The translations under genes and the position numbers were made by a program. A stretch of 64,000 nucleotides of DNA, taken from assembly GCF_018350175.1 (NCBI RefSeq), contig NC_058368.1:121398001-121462000 (forward strand), in the 5' to 3' direction. This stretch comes from Felis catus (taxonomy: Eukaryota). The notes beneath the pieces are model-generated. The model had not been told where the DNA came from. It was given only the letters and a program-made list of their open reading frames with translations, and ran no database searches. Positions 26,739-40,889 of this stretch are shown here, piece by piece. Numbering within the stretch: the stretch's first letter is position 1; each line of letters begins with the position of its first letter.

Positions 26739-26899
26739 ATGCCTGGGTAGCTCATTCCGTTAGGTGTCCGACTTCGGCTCACGTCATGATCTCACGGTTT
26801 GTGGGTCTGAGTCCCGCATCGGGCTCTGTGCTGAACGCTTGCTCAGAGCCTGGGGCCTGCTTCAGACTCTGTGTCTCCTTCTCTCTCTGCCCCTCCTCA

Positions 26900-27139
<240 letters not shown>

Positions 27140-27849
27140 CTAAAAGGATGAGAAGTGGGGGGACAAAACACAGACAAAACAATTAAAATTTGCCTTGCGT
27201 TCCCTCCAAATTTTTCCCTAACTAAATTTACTTCCATCCACAACTAAGATATTTTTAGTGTGAAATCTATCACATTTGTAATCTTAAGTTTTTATTTTGC
27301 CAGAGCTTGGGTGATTAATATATACAACACACTTGGTTTTTCTTTTGCCATGACTAGAATAGCTATCACGAACAAGATGAGGAAGGATCCCTCATTACCT
27401 TCCCACTTCTCAGATTTCCATGGGGAGAAAATTTCAATAGGCTCACTCAGTTCATTCCTGAAGTCTTTGGGAAAATGAACAGAGCTCACACAGCTCAGCC
27501 CCAGTTAGACTTCTGTTTCCAATTCTGCCTGTTGCCAGCAAGCATTTTCCTTAGCTTGGCCATGTGATAAACCTGGCCCTTATAGGAAGGCTGGTTTTTC
27601 AACTCTGCCTTTAACGTAGTGAGGAAATTTAATCCTAGGGCTAGGTATTAGCTTGCCCATTGTTGTCCCAGATCCACACAGTCCCCTTCCAGCTCATATT
27701 TTGACCTCCAGCTATGTGACTCCTGTTTCTCTCTGAAATAGTTTCTATCTTAAATGGAAAAGAAAGATGTTTTCTGACCTTCCAATCCTCTAACATGCTG
27801 AAGTGCTTTATATCAATTTAATTGACCACTATAAAATTATACTTATAGA

Positions 27850-28075
27850 TCATGTTAGTAAAGTGGTTAAGAGCACAAACCCTGGAGCCAAGCTCCCCAG
27901 GTAGACCAGTTCTGCCACTGGCTACCTATCTGCTGATCTTGGGTAAATTACTTAATGTCTTAGTGCCTCAATTTCCTCATCTGTAAAACAGGAATGATAG
28001 TGCCTACTTCACGAGGTTATTTTGAGATTTAAATAAGTTAACATTTAAGTGCTATCTATATAAGTGGTAGCTTTT
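27850..28075 (+). mobile_element. MIR relic
   Basis: TTGGGTAAATTACTTAA..GTGCCTCAATTTCCTCATCTGTAAAA. Confidence 0.75.
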
Positions 28076-28713
28076 GTTACCACCCAAAATGTGTAAGTCA
28101 CTTAAAAAAAAGACACATAACCAACTGTTGGTTATCCAGAACAATGAAAGTGAAGGTAAAAATAAAGAATTCCCATTTATAGCCTTAAAAATCTTCATTT
28201 TAACCTCAAGTCACTAGCAACTTGGCTTGATTTTTACTTTCTCTAGCCTAGTCCTCTTTCCATGGAAATGTGTAAGCCACATTAACACATGCACAATTAA
28301 GGAGAAAAGAGAGGTTCCAAACATGTCTGTTGCACTCCCCTGGCATTTAGTGGACATTAACAACTAAATGAGAAAAACTGCTTATTTAAAATACGAACTC
28401 CTCAATTAAAAGAACAAAAGGGACCAGGTATTGTCCATGCAATAAACCTATGAAATTGACTCCATAATAACATGAACTAACTTTAAATAATCTTCTCAAG
28501 AAACTCATTTCTTAGACATTCCTAAAAGACACAAATATATAATTTCTATAAGTGCCATTGAACAAAAAATAAATTAAATAAATTCGGAAACAGAAGAACA
28601 CAATCTCATATTATCTCTCAAATCAGTATGTAGGTGAAACTATATTGAATCTTTCTATTTTCTTCTAAATCATTGAAAAATATACAGAGCAAAACTAAAA
28701 AATTATAACTTAC

Positions 28714-28854
28714 ACCATCATAAAACCCTTTTAGATATAACTTCTCCTTAGCTTCTGCAAGTTTTTCTCGGTCATTCTGGCTTTGAACTTTCAACTCATC
28801 ACAAATGGTTACAGCGGAAAGATTTCCAAGACCTGGGATTTCAATGATTGGCAC
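28714..28854 (-). CDS. LARS1: LARS1 exon 14 (141 nt)
   Basis: acag|[21 protein letters not shown]...YLKGFYDG|gtaagt. Confidence 0.97.
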
Positions 28855-29623
28855 CTGTAAAGAACAGCAATTTCAGGACCTTATTCACACTGAATGATCA
28901 TAAAAACGGCCCTCTGGTGCATAATTCATTTGCCTCTACTGTCCAATGAAGTCATTTCAGATTTTATATATCATTACAAGAGCACCACACATTAGGTAAT
29001 CACTGTGACTAACATCCAGATGTGAATTTGTCTTCTTACTCTCCTCCACAGGAACTACCCAAATTCTCTGCACCAACCCCTAAATTGTCCCTCCCTCACT
29101 ATATAACACACCTTCTCCAGCTCACAACCCTGTACTGGCATATAATTCTAAAACTAGCAAAACGATATAAAAAACTAAATCTAAGGATGGTCTTACTTCT
29201 GGCTTATAAAAAGTCTTCTAGATTCTTCATGAAAGTTATTTGCTAGTAACTAAATTTTTTTTTTCTTCACCAGGCACTAATATGAAAACATAAACATTCA
29301 TGGCTAACATGGCAAAATTTTGTCTTTAGAAGCTTGGAAATTGGCCCTACTGGCAAAATAAGCTACTATAAAACTGGTGATGCTAAAAACATTGTTTGTT
29401 TCAGAACTGCAGGTGCCAGGTGCTAAGAAAATACTTACTCTTGGTTTTTCTCTCACTCTTAAGTGCCACAACAGATAGCAAATTAAAGTAAATAAACTCT
29501 AAGCAAACTCCCTCTTATTTTTATATCCACTAATTATTTAATTTTGTTACAAGGAAAATGCTAGCTCTTTTTTTCAATGACAAAGAGATGGGTATGAATA
29601 TTCTGAGTCCTCAGTGTACTCAC

Positions 29624-29677
29624 CGGCTCAAATGGCAAGACCATGTCATCTCTAATTCCATACTTTGCTCGTAAGGC
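29624..29677 (-). CDS. LARS1: LARS1 exon 13 (54 nt)
   Basis: gtag|ALRAKYGIRDDMVLPFEP|gtgagt. Confidence 0.96.
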
Positions 29678-30177
29678 CTACAAAAAATTTTGCAAATTAA
29701 CACTAATGATCAACACTTTATTGGCATAATCATTGAGAGAACAAACTCCAAAACTTTTTAAAAAATATTTGTTCTCCTAAACAAACAGAATTTAAAATAT
29801 AAACTATTTGTTCTCCCTTTCGTATGGAAATTTTAATTTTACCAAATATCTCAAGAAGAGATCTATGTCACTAAAAAAACTCAACAGTTTAAATTACAGT
29901 GAATTACTGAAATGATGAAATAGTAAGCCAAATGGGGTGCTTGGGTGGCTCAGTCAGTTAAGCGTCCAACTTCGGCTCAGGTCATGATCTCATGGTCTGT
30001 GAGCTCGAGCCCCGTGTAGGGCTCTGTGCTGCCTGACAGAACAGACTGACAATCTGTGCTTCAGATTCTGTGTGTCCCTGTCTCTCTGCCCTTCCCCCAC
30101 TCATGCTCTGTCTCTCTCTCAAAAAAAAAAAAAAACATTTTAAAAAATTAAAAAGAAACAGCAAGCCAAAAGCAAAA

Positions 30178-30180
<3 letters not shown>

Positions 30181-30222
<42 letters not shown>
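30181..30222 (+). repeat. (CA)n microsatellite
   Basis: About 21 perfect CA units. Confidence 0.95.
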
Positions 30223-30224
<2 letters not shown>

Positions 30225-30299
30225 ACTGAAAATGAGGTTCATATTCTAGGTTGCAATGAAAATGTGAATATGAATATTACAACTTTTTCTAAAGTTTTA

Positions 30300-30947
30300 T
30301 GGAATCCAGCAAAACATTAAAAAAGAAAAATTACATGATCCTATTAAGAGATGCAAGAAAAGCATTTGAAAAAAATCCAACACCCATTCCTGATAAAGAA
30401 TCCTAGTAAACTGGAATAGATGCAGACCTTCTAAAACTTGATAGACTATCTACAAAAAACCCATAGCTAATATCACACTTAAGGATGAGAAATTCAAAGT
30501 TTTCCCACTAAGATCAGGTATGAAGCAAGGATGTTCCTCTCATCACTTCTTTTCAATATCGTTCTGAATGCCCTTGCTAATGCAATAAGGGAAGAAAATA
30601 AAATAAAAGGTATTACAGATTGGGAAGGAAGGCATAAAACTGTCTTTGTTCATAGATGTAATGATCATCTGCGTAGGAAAATCCAAAAGAATGAAGGGAA
30701 AAAAACTCCTGGAACTAATAGGCAATTGTAACAAAGTTGCAGGATACAAGGTTAATATACAAAAGTTCATCACATTCCAGGGGTACCTCAGATGACTGAG
30801 TCAATTAAAACCAACTCTCGATTTGAGCTCAGTTCATGGTCTCCAAGTCTGTGAGCCTGAGCCCCACATCAAGCTCTGCACTGACAGCACAGAGCCTGCT
30901 TAGGATTCTCTCTCGGTCCTTTGCTCTCTCTGCCCCTCCCCCACTCA

Positions 30948-31003
<56 letters not shown>

Positions 31004-32340
31004 TGCTCAAAATAAGTAAATAAACTTTAAAAAAAAAGTTAATTGCACTCCAATATACTAAAAATGAACAAGTGGAATTCAAAACTAAAAACACAGTACC
31101 ACTGATATTAGTGTCCCCTCCAAAATCAAATACTTAGGTACAAAAGTAACAAAACATACATAAGATCTACGTGAGAAAAACTACAAACTCTATGAAGAGA
31201 ATCAAAGAACTAAATAAATGGAGAAATACTTCATGTTCATGGACTGAAAGATTCAGTATTGCCAAGATGTCAATTCTTACCAATTCCAATTTAACCTACA
31301 GATTCAGCACAATCTCAATGAAAATCCCAACAAGTTATTTTATGAATACCAACAAATTGATCGCAAAGCTTTATACAGAAGCAAGAGACCCAGAATAGTG
31401 AACTCAATACTAAAAAAAAAAAATTGGAGAACGGACACTATCTGACTTCAAGACTTATTATAAAGTTACAGTAATCAAGACAGTGTAGTGCTGGAAAGAA
31501 GAGACAAATAGTTCAGTGCACCAAAACAGTGAGTCCATAAAGAGAGTCAACTGATCTCTGACAAAGGAGCAAAGGCAATACAATAATTCAAAGACAGTCT
31601 TTTCAACAAATGTTACTGGAATAACTAGACACCCAGGTGCAAAAAAAAAAAAAAAAAAAAAAAATGAATCTAGACATAGAGCTTACACTGTCATAAAAAG
31701 TAACTCAAAATGGATCACAGACCTAGATGTAAAACATAAAATTATAAAATTCCTAGAAGCTAACATAGGTGAAAACTTAAATGACCATGGGTATCGTGGT
31801 GCCTTTTTAGATACAACATCAAAGACCTAATCCGTGAAAGAAATAACAATCAAACTTCATTAAAGTTAAAAGCTGCTCTGCAACAGACAGTACCAAGAAT
31901 TAAAAGACATTGGGCACCGAGGTGGCTCAGTCAGTTAAGCATCCGACTCTTGGTTTCAGCTCAGGTCATGATCTCATGGTTTGTGAGATCGAGCCCACAT
32001 GGGGCTCTGCACTGACAGCATGGTCACAGGGGAGAGAGATGAACAAAAAGAGCACACAGGACTTTTAGAGCAGGGAAAATACTCTATATGATATAATAAT
32101 GATGAATCTATGTCATTATACAGTTGTCCAAACCCAAATATACACCACCAAGAGTGAACCCTAAGGTAAACTATAGACTTTGGGGAATTATAATGCATCA
32201 ATGTAGGTTGATCCATGGTAAGAAATGCACCACTCTGGTGGGGGATGTTGATAATGGGGAAGGCTGTGCATGTGTGGGAACAAGGGGAATCTCTCTACCT
32301 TCTTCTCCAATTTATTGTAAACCTAAACTCTAGAAGTCTT
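30300..32340 (+). mobile_element. Old L1M ORF2 (RT region) and 3'-end remnants
   Basis: ORF 30531..30731 LSSLLFNIVLNALANAIRE and 31171..31398 LNKWRNTSCSW resemble L1 ORF2; many stops; boundaries approximate. Confidence 0.8.
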
Positions 32341-32478
32341 AAAAATTCTGTGAAATATTATGTTTCAATTATATACACATATAGAAACAAGGAGATAACA
32401 GTTCCAAGATATGATAGCTTTTTCATTTCATAGTTGGTTCAATGGTACATAATGAGATGATAAAGAATAACAACATGA

Positions 32479-32696
32479 GGGGCGCCTGGGTGGCGCAGTC
32501 GGTTAAGCGTCCGACTTCAGCCAGGTCACGATCTTGCGGTCCGTGAGTTCGAGCCCCGCGTCGGGCTCTGGGCTGATGGCTCAGAGCCTGGAGCCTGCTT
32601 CCAGTTCTGTGTCTCCCTCTCTCTCTGCCCCTCCCCCGTTCATGCTCTGTCTCTCTCTGTCTCAAAAATAAAAATAAAAAAAAAAACGTAAAAAAA
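32479..32696 (+). mobile_element. Young SINEC_Fc-type SINE next to exon 12 donor
   Basis: CpG-intact consensus-like copy; TSD AAAGAATAACAACATGA at 32462-32478 and 32697-32713. Confidence 0.95.
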
Positions 32697-32728
32697 AAAG
32701 AATAACAACATGAAACTCAGATACTCAC

Positions 32729-32805
32729 TTGCTTTTTCTTCAAATCTCTGAGGGCAGCAAAATCATCAGGGGAGTCAGAAGGAACACTTGTGACCACACC
32801 AGTGC
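32729..32805 (-). CDS. LARS1: LARS1 exon 12 (77 nt), CP1 GTG...SPDD editing motif
   Basis: taag|GTGVVTSVPSDSPDDFAALRDLKKKQ|gtgagt. Confidence 0.96.
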
Positions 32806-32865
32806 CTTATACAAGAAAGTATGGAATTGATTAATACAACAGAATGCAATCACCAAAGTATTTCT

Positions 32866-32866
<1 letters not shown>

Positions 32867-32924
<58 letters not shown>

Positions 32925-32926
32925 AA
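32867..32926 (+). repeat. (GAAA)15 microsatellite in intron 11
   Basis: Perfect 60-nt tetranucleotide run. Confidence 0.97.
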
Positions 32927-32932
32927 CTTTAC

Positions 32933-33020
32933 CTTTATCCTCCTTAATGGTGAGCATTGGAAGAACATAGATCACCTTATAAGATGTTAAAGGTGCAAAA
33001 AGCGACACACCAAGCATTTC
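32933..33020 (-). CDS. LARS1: LARS1 exon 11 (88 nt)
   Basis: acag|[29 protein letters not shown]|gtaaag. Confidence 0.96.
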
Positions 33021-33845
33021 CTGTGCAACAAAAAGATCAGCATAAAAGGTGAAAAAACTTATTTTACTCACTCAAATTTAAAAGTGTTAATATTTTTAAG
33101 CCCTGAGAAGCTAACATTCAAAAATACATGAAGTAAAACAAACTCATTCTTTTATACACACTAGACTAAAAATAGTTGTAAATAATTATAATTCCCAAAC
33201 GTGATGTCATAAGGTGGTGAGGAAATTAACACACTAATACATTGCTGGTGGCATTGTACTCCTTGAGGGAAACGATATAGGAATCATAGCGAGACACAAA
33301 AACATTCACACAACTTAGATCCAGCCAGTCCTAGGAATTTACCTCAAAAGAAAAAAACATTTTTTCTTTGAGATGTCTACCCAATGCTGTGTTAACTACA
33401 ACAGCAAAACCTGGAAACAGCTAAAATTTAAATGATAGGAAAAGCATTTAACAAAATATGAGATATAAACAAAATAAAATACTGTATATCCATTTAAAAC
33501 AATGATTAGCAGGGCACCTGAGTGGCTAAGTTGGTTGAGCATCCGACTCTTGACTTCGGCTCAGGTCATGATCTCACAGTGAGTTCAAGCCCCACATAGG
33601 GCTCTGCGCTGAAAGCACAGAGCCTGCTTGGGATTCTGTCTCCCTCTCTCTCTGCCCCTCGCCAACTTGCTCTCTAGCTCTCTCTCCAAATAAAAATAAA
33701 TAAATAAACTTAAAAAAAAACAACAACAATGATTAGGAAGACAAACTGTATGAAAAACATACATCTAGTTTCTCTTAAAAAAAATCCAAACATTCAACAA
33801 TACTGAACCCATACTCTCAAAACTAAGCTAAAGACTGCACTTCTC

Positions 33846-35301
33846 TGGCACAAAAACAGACACATAGACCAATGGAATAGAATAGAAACCCCAGAACTAG
33901 ACCCACAAACGTATGGCCAACTCATCTTTGACAAAGCAGGAAAGAACATCCAATGGAAAAAAGACAGCCTCTTTAACAAATGGTGCTGGGAGAACTGGAC
34001 AGCAACATGCAGAAGGTTGAAACTAGACCACTTTCTCACACCATTCACAAAAATAAACTCAAAATGGATCAAGGACCTAAATGTGAGACAGGAAACCATC
34101 AAAACCTTAGAGGAGAAAGCAGGAAAAGATCTCTCTGACCTCAGCCGTAGCAATCTCTTACTTGACACATCCCCAAAGGCAAGGGAATTAAAAGCAAAAG
34201 TGAATTACTGGGACCTTATGAAGATAAAAAGCTTCTGCACAGCAAAGGAAACAACCAACAAAACTAAAAGGCAACCAACGGAATGGGAAAAGATATTCGC
34301 AAATGACATATCGGACAAAGGGCTAGTATCCAAAATCTATAAAGAGCTCACCAAACTCCATACCCGAAAAACAAATAACCCAGTGAAGAAATGGGCAGAA
34401 AACATGAATAGACACTTCTCTAAAGAAGACATCCGGATGGCCAACAGGCACATGAAAAGATGTTCAGCGTTGCTCTTTATCAGGGAAATACAAATCAAAA
34501 CCACACTCAGGTATCACCTCACGCCAGTCAGAGTGGCCAAAATGAACAAATCAGGAGACTCTAGATGCTGGAGAGGATGTGGAGAAACGGGAACCCTCTT
34601 GCACTGTTGGTGGGAATGCAAATTGGTGCAGCCGCTCTGGAAAGCAGTGTGGAGGTTCCTCAGAAAATTAAAAATAGACCTACCCTATGACCCAGCAATA
34701 GCACTGCTAGGAATTTATCCAAGGGATACAGGAGTACTGATGCATAGGGCCACTTGTACCCCGATGTTCATAGCAGCACTCTCAACAATAGCCAAATTAT
34801 GGAAAGAGCCTAAATGTCCATCAACAGATGAATGGATAAAGAAATTGTGGTTTATATACACAATGAAATATTACGTGGCAATGAGAAAAAATGAAATATG
34901 GCCTTTTGTAGCAACGTGGATGGAACTGGAGAGTGTGATGCTAAGTGAAATAAGCCATACAGAGAAAGACAGATACCATATGGTTTCACTCTTATGTGGA
35001 CCCTGAGAAACTTAACAGGAACCCATGGGGGAGGGGAAGGAAAAAAAAAAAAACAGGTTAGAGTGGGAGAGAGCCAAAGCATAAGAGACTCTTAAAAACT
35101 GAGAACAAACTGAGGGTTGATGTGGGGTGGGAGGGAGGAGAGGGTGGGTGATGGGTATTGAGGAGGGCACCTTTTGGGATGAGCACTGGGTGTTGTATGG
35201 AAACCAATTTGTCAATAAATTTCATATAAAAATAAATAAATAAATAAAAAATAAAAAAAAAATAAAAGCTTAATCAGATCACAAAAAAAAAAAAAAAAAA
35301 A
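33846..35301 (+). mobile_element. Young 5'-truncated LINE-1 with short 3' extension
   Basis: ORF 34017..35006 is ORF2 C-terminus; double A-tail; TSD AAAGACTGCACTTCTC at 33830-33845 and 35302-35317. Confidence 0.96.
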
Positions 35302-37124
35302 AAAGACTGCACTTCTCAATTCCACACAGTTCCCACCGGCCCGCTTTATTCAAAGAGAAACTGCTTTTATGGAACTTACAGTCACATGGGTGAAGGCTAA
35401 ATATGGTAACAGTCTTAAGGGCTAAAAGCTGTTTTTTATTTTAAAATTTTTTTTTCCACTTTTTTTTTTTTTATTTATTTTTGGGACAGAGAGAGACAGA
35501 GCATGAACGGGGGAGGGGCAGAGAGAGAGGGAGACACAGAATCCCAAGCAGGCTCCAGGCTCCGAGCCATCAGCCCAGAGCCTGAGGCGGGGCTCGAACT
35601 CACGGACCGCGAGATCGTGACCTGGCTGAAGTCGGACGCTTAACCGACTGCGCCACCCAGGCGCCCCAAAAGCTGTTTTTTAATTTATACCACCCATTTT
35701 CCTCACTCCAAAATATGTTCAAATTTACAGGAAAAGAAATTGCACTAGTAACAGGAAAAATCTGTGTTATTAACACTATTCCTAAAAACTTCTCAGACAC
35801 AACTCCAACAGCTGATGAGAAGTGGCAGCACTGCTTGTAACAGAAAACAACAGGAATCTATTCAAATGTGCATTATAGAAAATGGTTAAATACGCTGTGG
35901 TACAGCCACACAATGGACTACTTATGTGGCTGCAAAACATAAGATGTAAGGAAGCTAGGCACCCACAAGGCAAATACCAAGACATAGCTAAGGAAAAGAA
36001 AAAAGAAGAAAGCAAGATGCAGAAAAATGTGATAAAGTATACTGCCATTTGTGTTTTTTGTTTTTTGGGTTTTTTTGTAGTAATCTCTACCCCTCAGTGC
36101 AGAATTCAAACTCAGGACCCTGACATTAAGAGTCACACACTCTTCTAAGCCAGCCAGACGCCCCAAAATATATTGCTATCTGTATATTAAAAAGAGGAAG
36201 AGGGGCACCTGGGTAGCTCAGACAACTAAGTGTCTGACTTTGGCTCAGGTCATGATCTCATGGTTCGCGTTGGGCTCTATGCTGACAGCTCAGAGCCCGA
36301 AGCCTGCTTCAGATTCTGTGTGTCCCTCTCTCTCTACCCCTCCCCTGCTCACACTCTGTCTCGCCTCAAAAATATTTTTTTAAAAATCAAAAATAAACAT
36401 AAAAAAATTTGAAAATGTGATTTATCAAGATACCTAAGATTAGCATTTATGAAAGGGTTTAATAAAATATACTCTGAAATTTTGGTAAATAAAGTGTAAG
36501 AATAAAAGCTATATAATCGTCCAGATTTAGTTACCATCAACCAAGATTCTTCAGAAAAACAAACAGCTGCAATTCTATACCAGAAACACAGGTAATCATA
36601 TTCCACTGCAACCATTAAATCTCTCGGGGAGAACTGTCTATATTTTTCAAGCAGATACTTACTGAACTGAAACAAGAGTCAAAAATGCTATAGTGATACA
36701 GTCATACAAGGAATACTCCACAGCAATAAAAAAAGAACAAGTCTACTACACACAACATGCATGAATTTCACAGACTTAATGTTGAGCAAAAGAAGCCAGA
36801 CACAAGAGTACAGATTATATAATTCAATTACGTAAAGTTCAAGAACAGCGACTAATCTTTGGTGACTAAAGGCAGAGTGGTGGTTACCTTTGTGGAAGAG
36901 GGGTGGGTACTGACTGCAAGATGGACGTGGGAGCACTTTCTGGACTATTGGAACTGGTCTGTATCTTGATTAGGGTGGAGTGTACACATGTAATAAAACT
37001 GCACCAAAATACTGAACTTACGATTTACACATTGCATGTATTCCTCAATTAAAATGATTTTTCCAATGCTCTTTTCTCAAGTGTCATGGATAAAATGTTC
37101 CTCTAAATTTAAGCACTAAAATTA

Positions 37125-37433
<309 letters not shown>

Positions 37434-37475
37434 TTACTTCAAAAAGATAATGCAATAACTCTGCAGTGAACCTAC

Positions 37476-37543
37476 CTTAATTTGGATGGGTACGGCTCAA
37501 GCACTTTCAACTTGATTAAAGTATATTCCTGAGGTCCCACACC
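37476..37543 (-). CDS. LARS1: LARS1 exon 9 (68 nt)
   Basis: ttag|GVGPQEYTLIKLKVLEPYPSKL|gtaggt. Confidence 0.97.
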
Positions 37544-38609
37544 CTAAACAAATAAACAAAACCAAACCTTAAGAAGAAAAAAGACTTGAATTAAACCCAC
37601 ACATAGAAGTGAGAGATCGGATTCAAATTTCTTAGATGGATTCTTGCATTGTTAGAATAATTCTTTCTTACAAGGATGAGTCAGCCAGTAGGGAGCTGAC
37701 TATATTCCCATAAGTCTAAGGTGTAAGAAGTGACTTGAAAGACTACCTTCCCACTCCACACCAAATCAGAGCTGGTAAAGGAGGCCCAGACTCTACTAAG
37801 TAAGGACAGTTTGCTAAGAATTCACTTGAGAGTGAAGAATGAGGGGGGAAAAAGTGACTTAGAGTAATCACCCAAAACGGTGTTTACCAAAATGGGAGTC
37901 AGAATATGTAATCAAACAATCCCCCAGAGCAGGCATCATAGAAATATACTGGACCAGGGGCCAGAGCACAAGCATTCAAAACCTAGCTTGGGCTATTACT
38001 AATATCTTGATCCAAGGGAGACAAAGTCTCTCTGAGACTTCATTCCTTCAACTGTAATATAACCGTACTATGACTCACACAGGACTTACCCAAAGATCAC
38101 ATAAGCCAAATGAATAGTAAAATGCTTTGAAAAACTATGGCATACTACTAGAATTTAGGATACTGCTGGTGTTGACCATATTAAAAGTTAATACAGTCAG
38201 TAAACTGGGTCTTCTGAATTCAAAATTTTGATCAATTCTCATTTCTGTTAGATAAGTTACAGCATAATTGAAAGCACATTTCGAAAAGTAGTCGCTAGAC
38301 TAGAAATGCATTCAAAGATGGTAACAAAGGAAGATGCACTCATAGGGAATCCTAAGTTCAGATTCTGGCACTGTTGTTGATTTACTGTGCCACAGCTTTA
38401 GGCAAATGACCCTGGCTTCACTCAAGTATTACAAAGAATAATGTTACTAAGGAATGTAGAATGAACTGATGTCATGCATGGCTAGAAGTACTTTAGAAAT
38501 AAGTAAGCACATGATCAAAGCAAGTATAAATGGAATCTGTGTACATCAGTTAGCCACATATCTCATTACCTTGCCCCATCTCTCTTTTTAGAGCAATGTA
38601 TTCTCCAGG

Positions 38610-38790
38610 GAGCGCTCCTCAAACATTAGCCTACATGCGAGTCATATTGAAAGCTTATTAAAGACAGATTCCTGGGCTCCACCCTCAGAGCTTCTTATTC
38701 AGCAATTTGGGGATAAGGCCCAAGAATGTGCTTTTCTCTCACAAGCAGATGAGATGCAGCTGGTCCTAGGACCACCTTTGGAGTAACAAG
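38610..38790. mobile_element. MER5A-like hAT-Charlie relic
   Basis: ACAGATTCCTGGGCTCCACCCTCAGAG..ATTCAG and GGTCCTAGGACCACCTTTG motifs. Confidence 0.65.
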
Positions 38791-38941
38791 GTCTTAGACA
38801 AGACACAGAATCTTACAGTAACATTCTGTTTCCCTCTTCACAGCCACCAGAATACACCTCAGCACTGAAATAAAATTATTTTTAGGTTCCTGATCTATTC
38901 CATAAACTCTATGGCCATAGTGAGAATTATTATAATAGCTA

Positions 38942-39103
<162 letters not shown>

Positions 39104-39705
39104 TTACAATATTTCTTCTAACTAAAACTTTTAACTGAACAAATGTCTACATCAATTATTTATGCTTTTATGAGTAGTGGCCAGCCTATTTAATGAAAGC
39201 TTTCTGCCTTCATTAAAGGTAATACCCCTGAAAACTATGCACCGGTCTTGGCTTTGTGGTATGAAACAGATTCGAAGTGTCTATTTTTGTGCCGGTAGGT
39301 ATGAAACAGATTCTAAAATATAAATTCAGTTATGAAGTACACATAGTTTTTAATTAATCCATAGAATCAAGGAAGAATCTTAAACAATTTATAGAAAAAG
39401 TAGATAAACTAACACATATATAAAATTCTTTTTCTGCTTGACTGAAAATACTGAAAAGAATCTTTAGGGAGATCGTAACAGCCAATACTCCTATTCTCCC
39501 TCTTTTTAGCAGCTCAGAGACATTAAACACTGGTAAAACACTAAAATGCTGGTAAGACAAAAAGGAAAACAAAGAAGACATGAGAACAAAAAGGAAAAAA
39601 GTTATAAGAAGAGAAAGGATAATGAAAAAAAGAAGCTATCTATCGGGCACTGAATTACAATGCAGTGAAATTTTTGCTTTATTATACTGAAGGACAACAA
39701 ACTCA

Positions 39706-39819
<114 letters not shown>

Positions 39820-40348
39820 CTACAGAAAAGAAAATACATGATTTTTGAGAAATGTGTATAGTTTCTATGAATAAAAACTCCCACCAATTATTTACTCTTC
39901 TACTCTTTATTTTCCAACTTAAAATTATATCGAACATTGAAAGGAAAACAATATTCAGGTTCCACCTATTAAATATATATTATAATTATATTAACTTGTA
40001 TTTAACTTGTAAGTTTTTAAGCACACATTCATATAACATATAGAAATTATAATAAGTTAAGAAGGAACATTTAAATAACACCTTTGTGTATTCCTAAATA
40101 TACAAACTAACCTTTGCCTTCTTCATAGTCTTTGAACAGAATTCCCTTCTACTAATTGCTAACATATTAAAACATTTTCAGTACAACAAATATTAAAGTA
40201 CTTTGCTGCTTACATCAAGACCCATAACAATAACAGAACTAATTCATTACTGGAATACAGGTGGAATAAATTATTCTAAATTATGAGATGGTCCAAACTC
40301 ACAGAAATCACATAAATACAAATGTGTTCTTCATATTTTCTTAAACTA

Positions 40349-40579
<231 letters not shown>

Positions 40580-40889
40580 TTACCAAATTCTAGGACCACA
40601 ATCATTTTAAGTAAATAATCCCATTTAGTAGTAATTTTTCTATTCCAAAACATACTGTTGATATGTCAGATTACTAACAAATTGAGATGTACTATTCTGT
40701 CTGTCAAACGGAATAGTCTGATATTAAGACCTTGACACCAGAGGTAACTAAATCGTTGAAACCATAAAGAATTATCATCAAAGATAAGATGTCAGCACCA
40801 AGCTCGATTTCCTTCTTCCTAATGCCATATGTATCTTTTTTAGTTATGAATAAGCTACTGACAAGAGTTTTGTCCTCTTCTAATATTTA

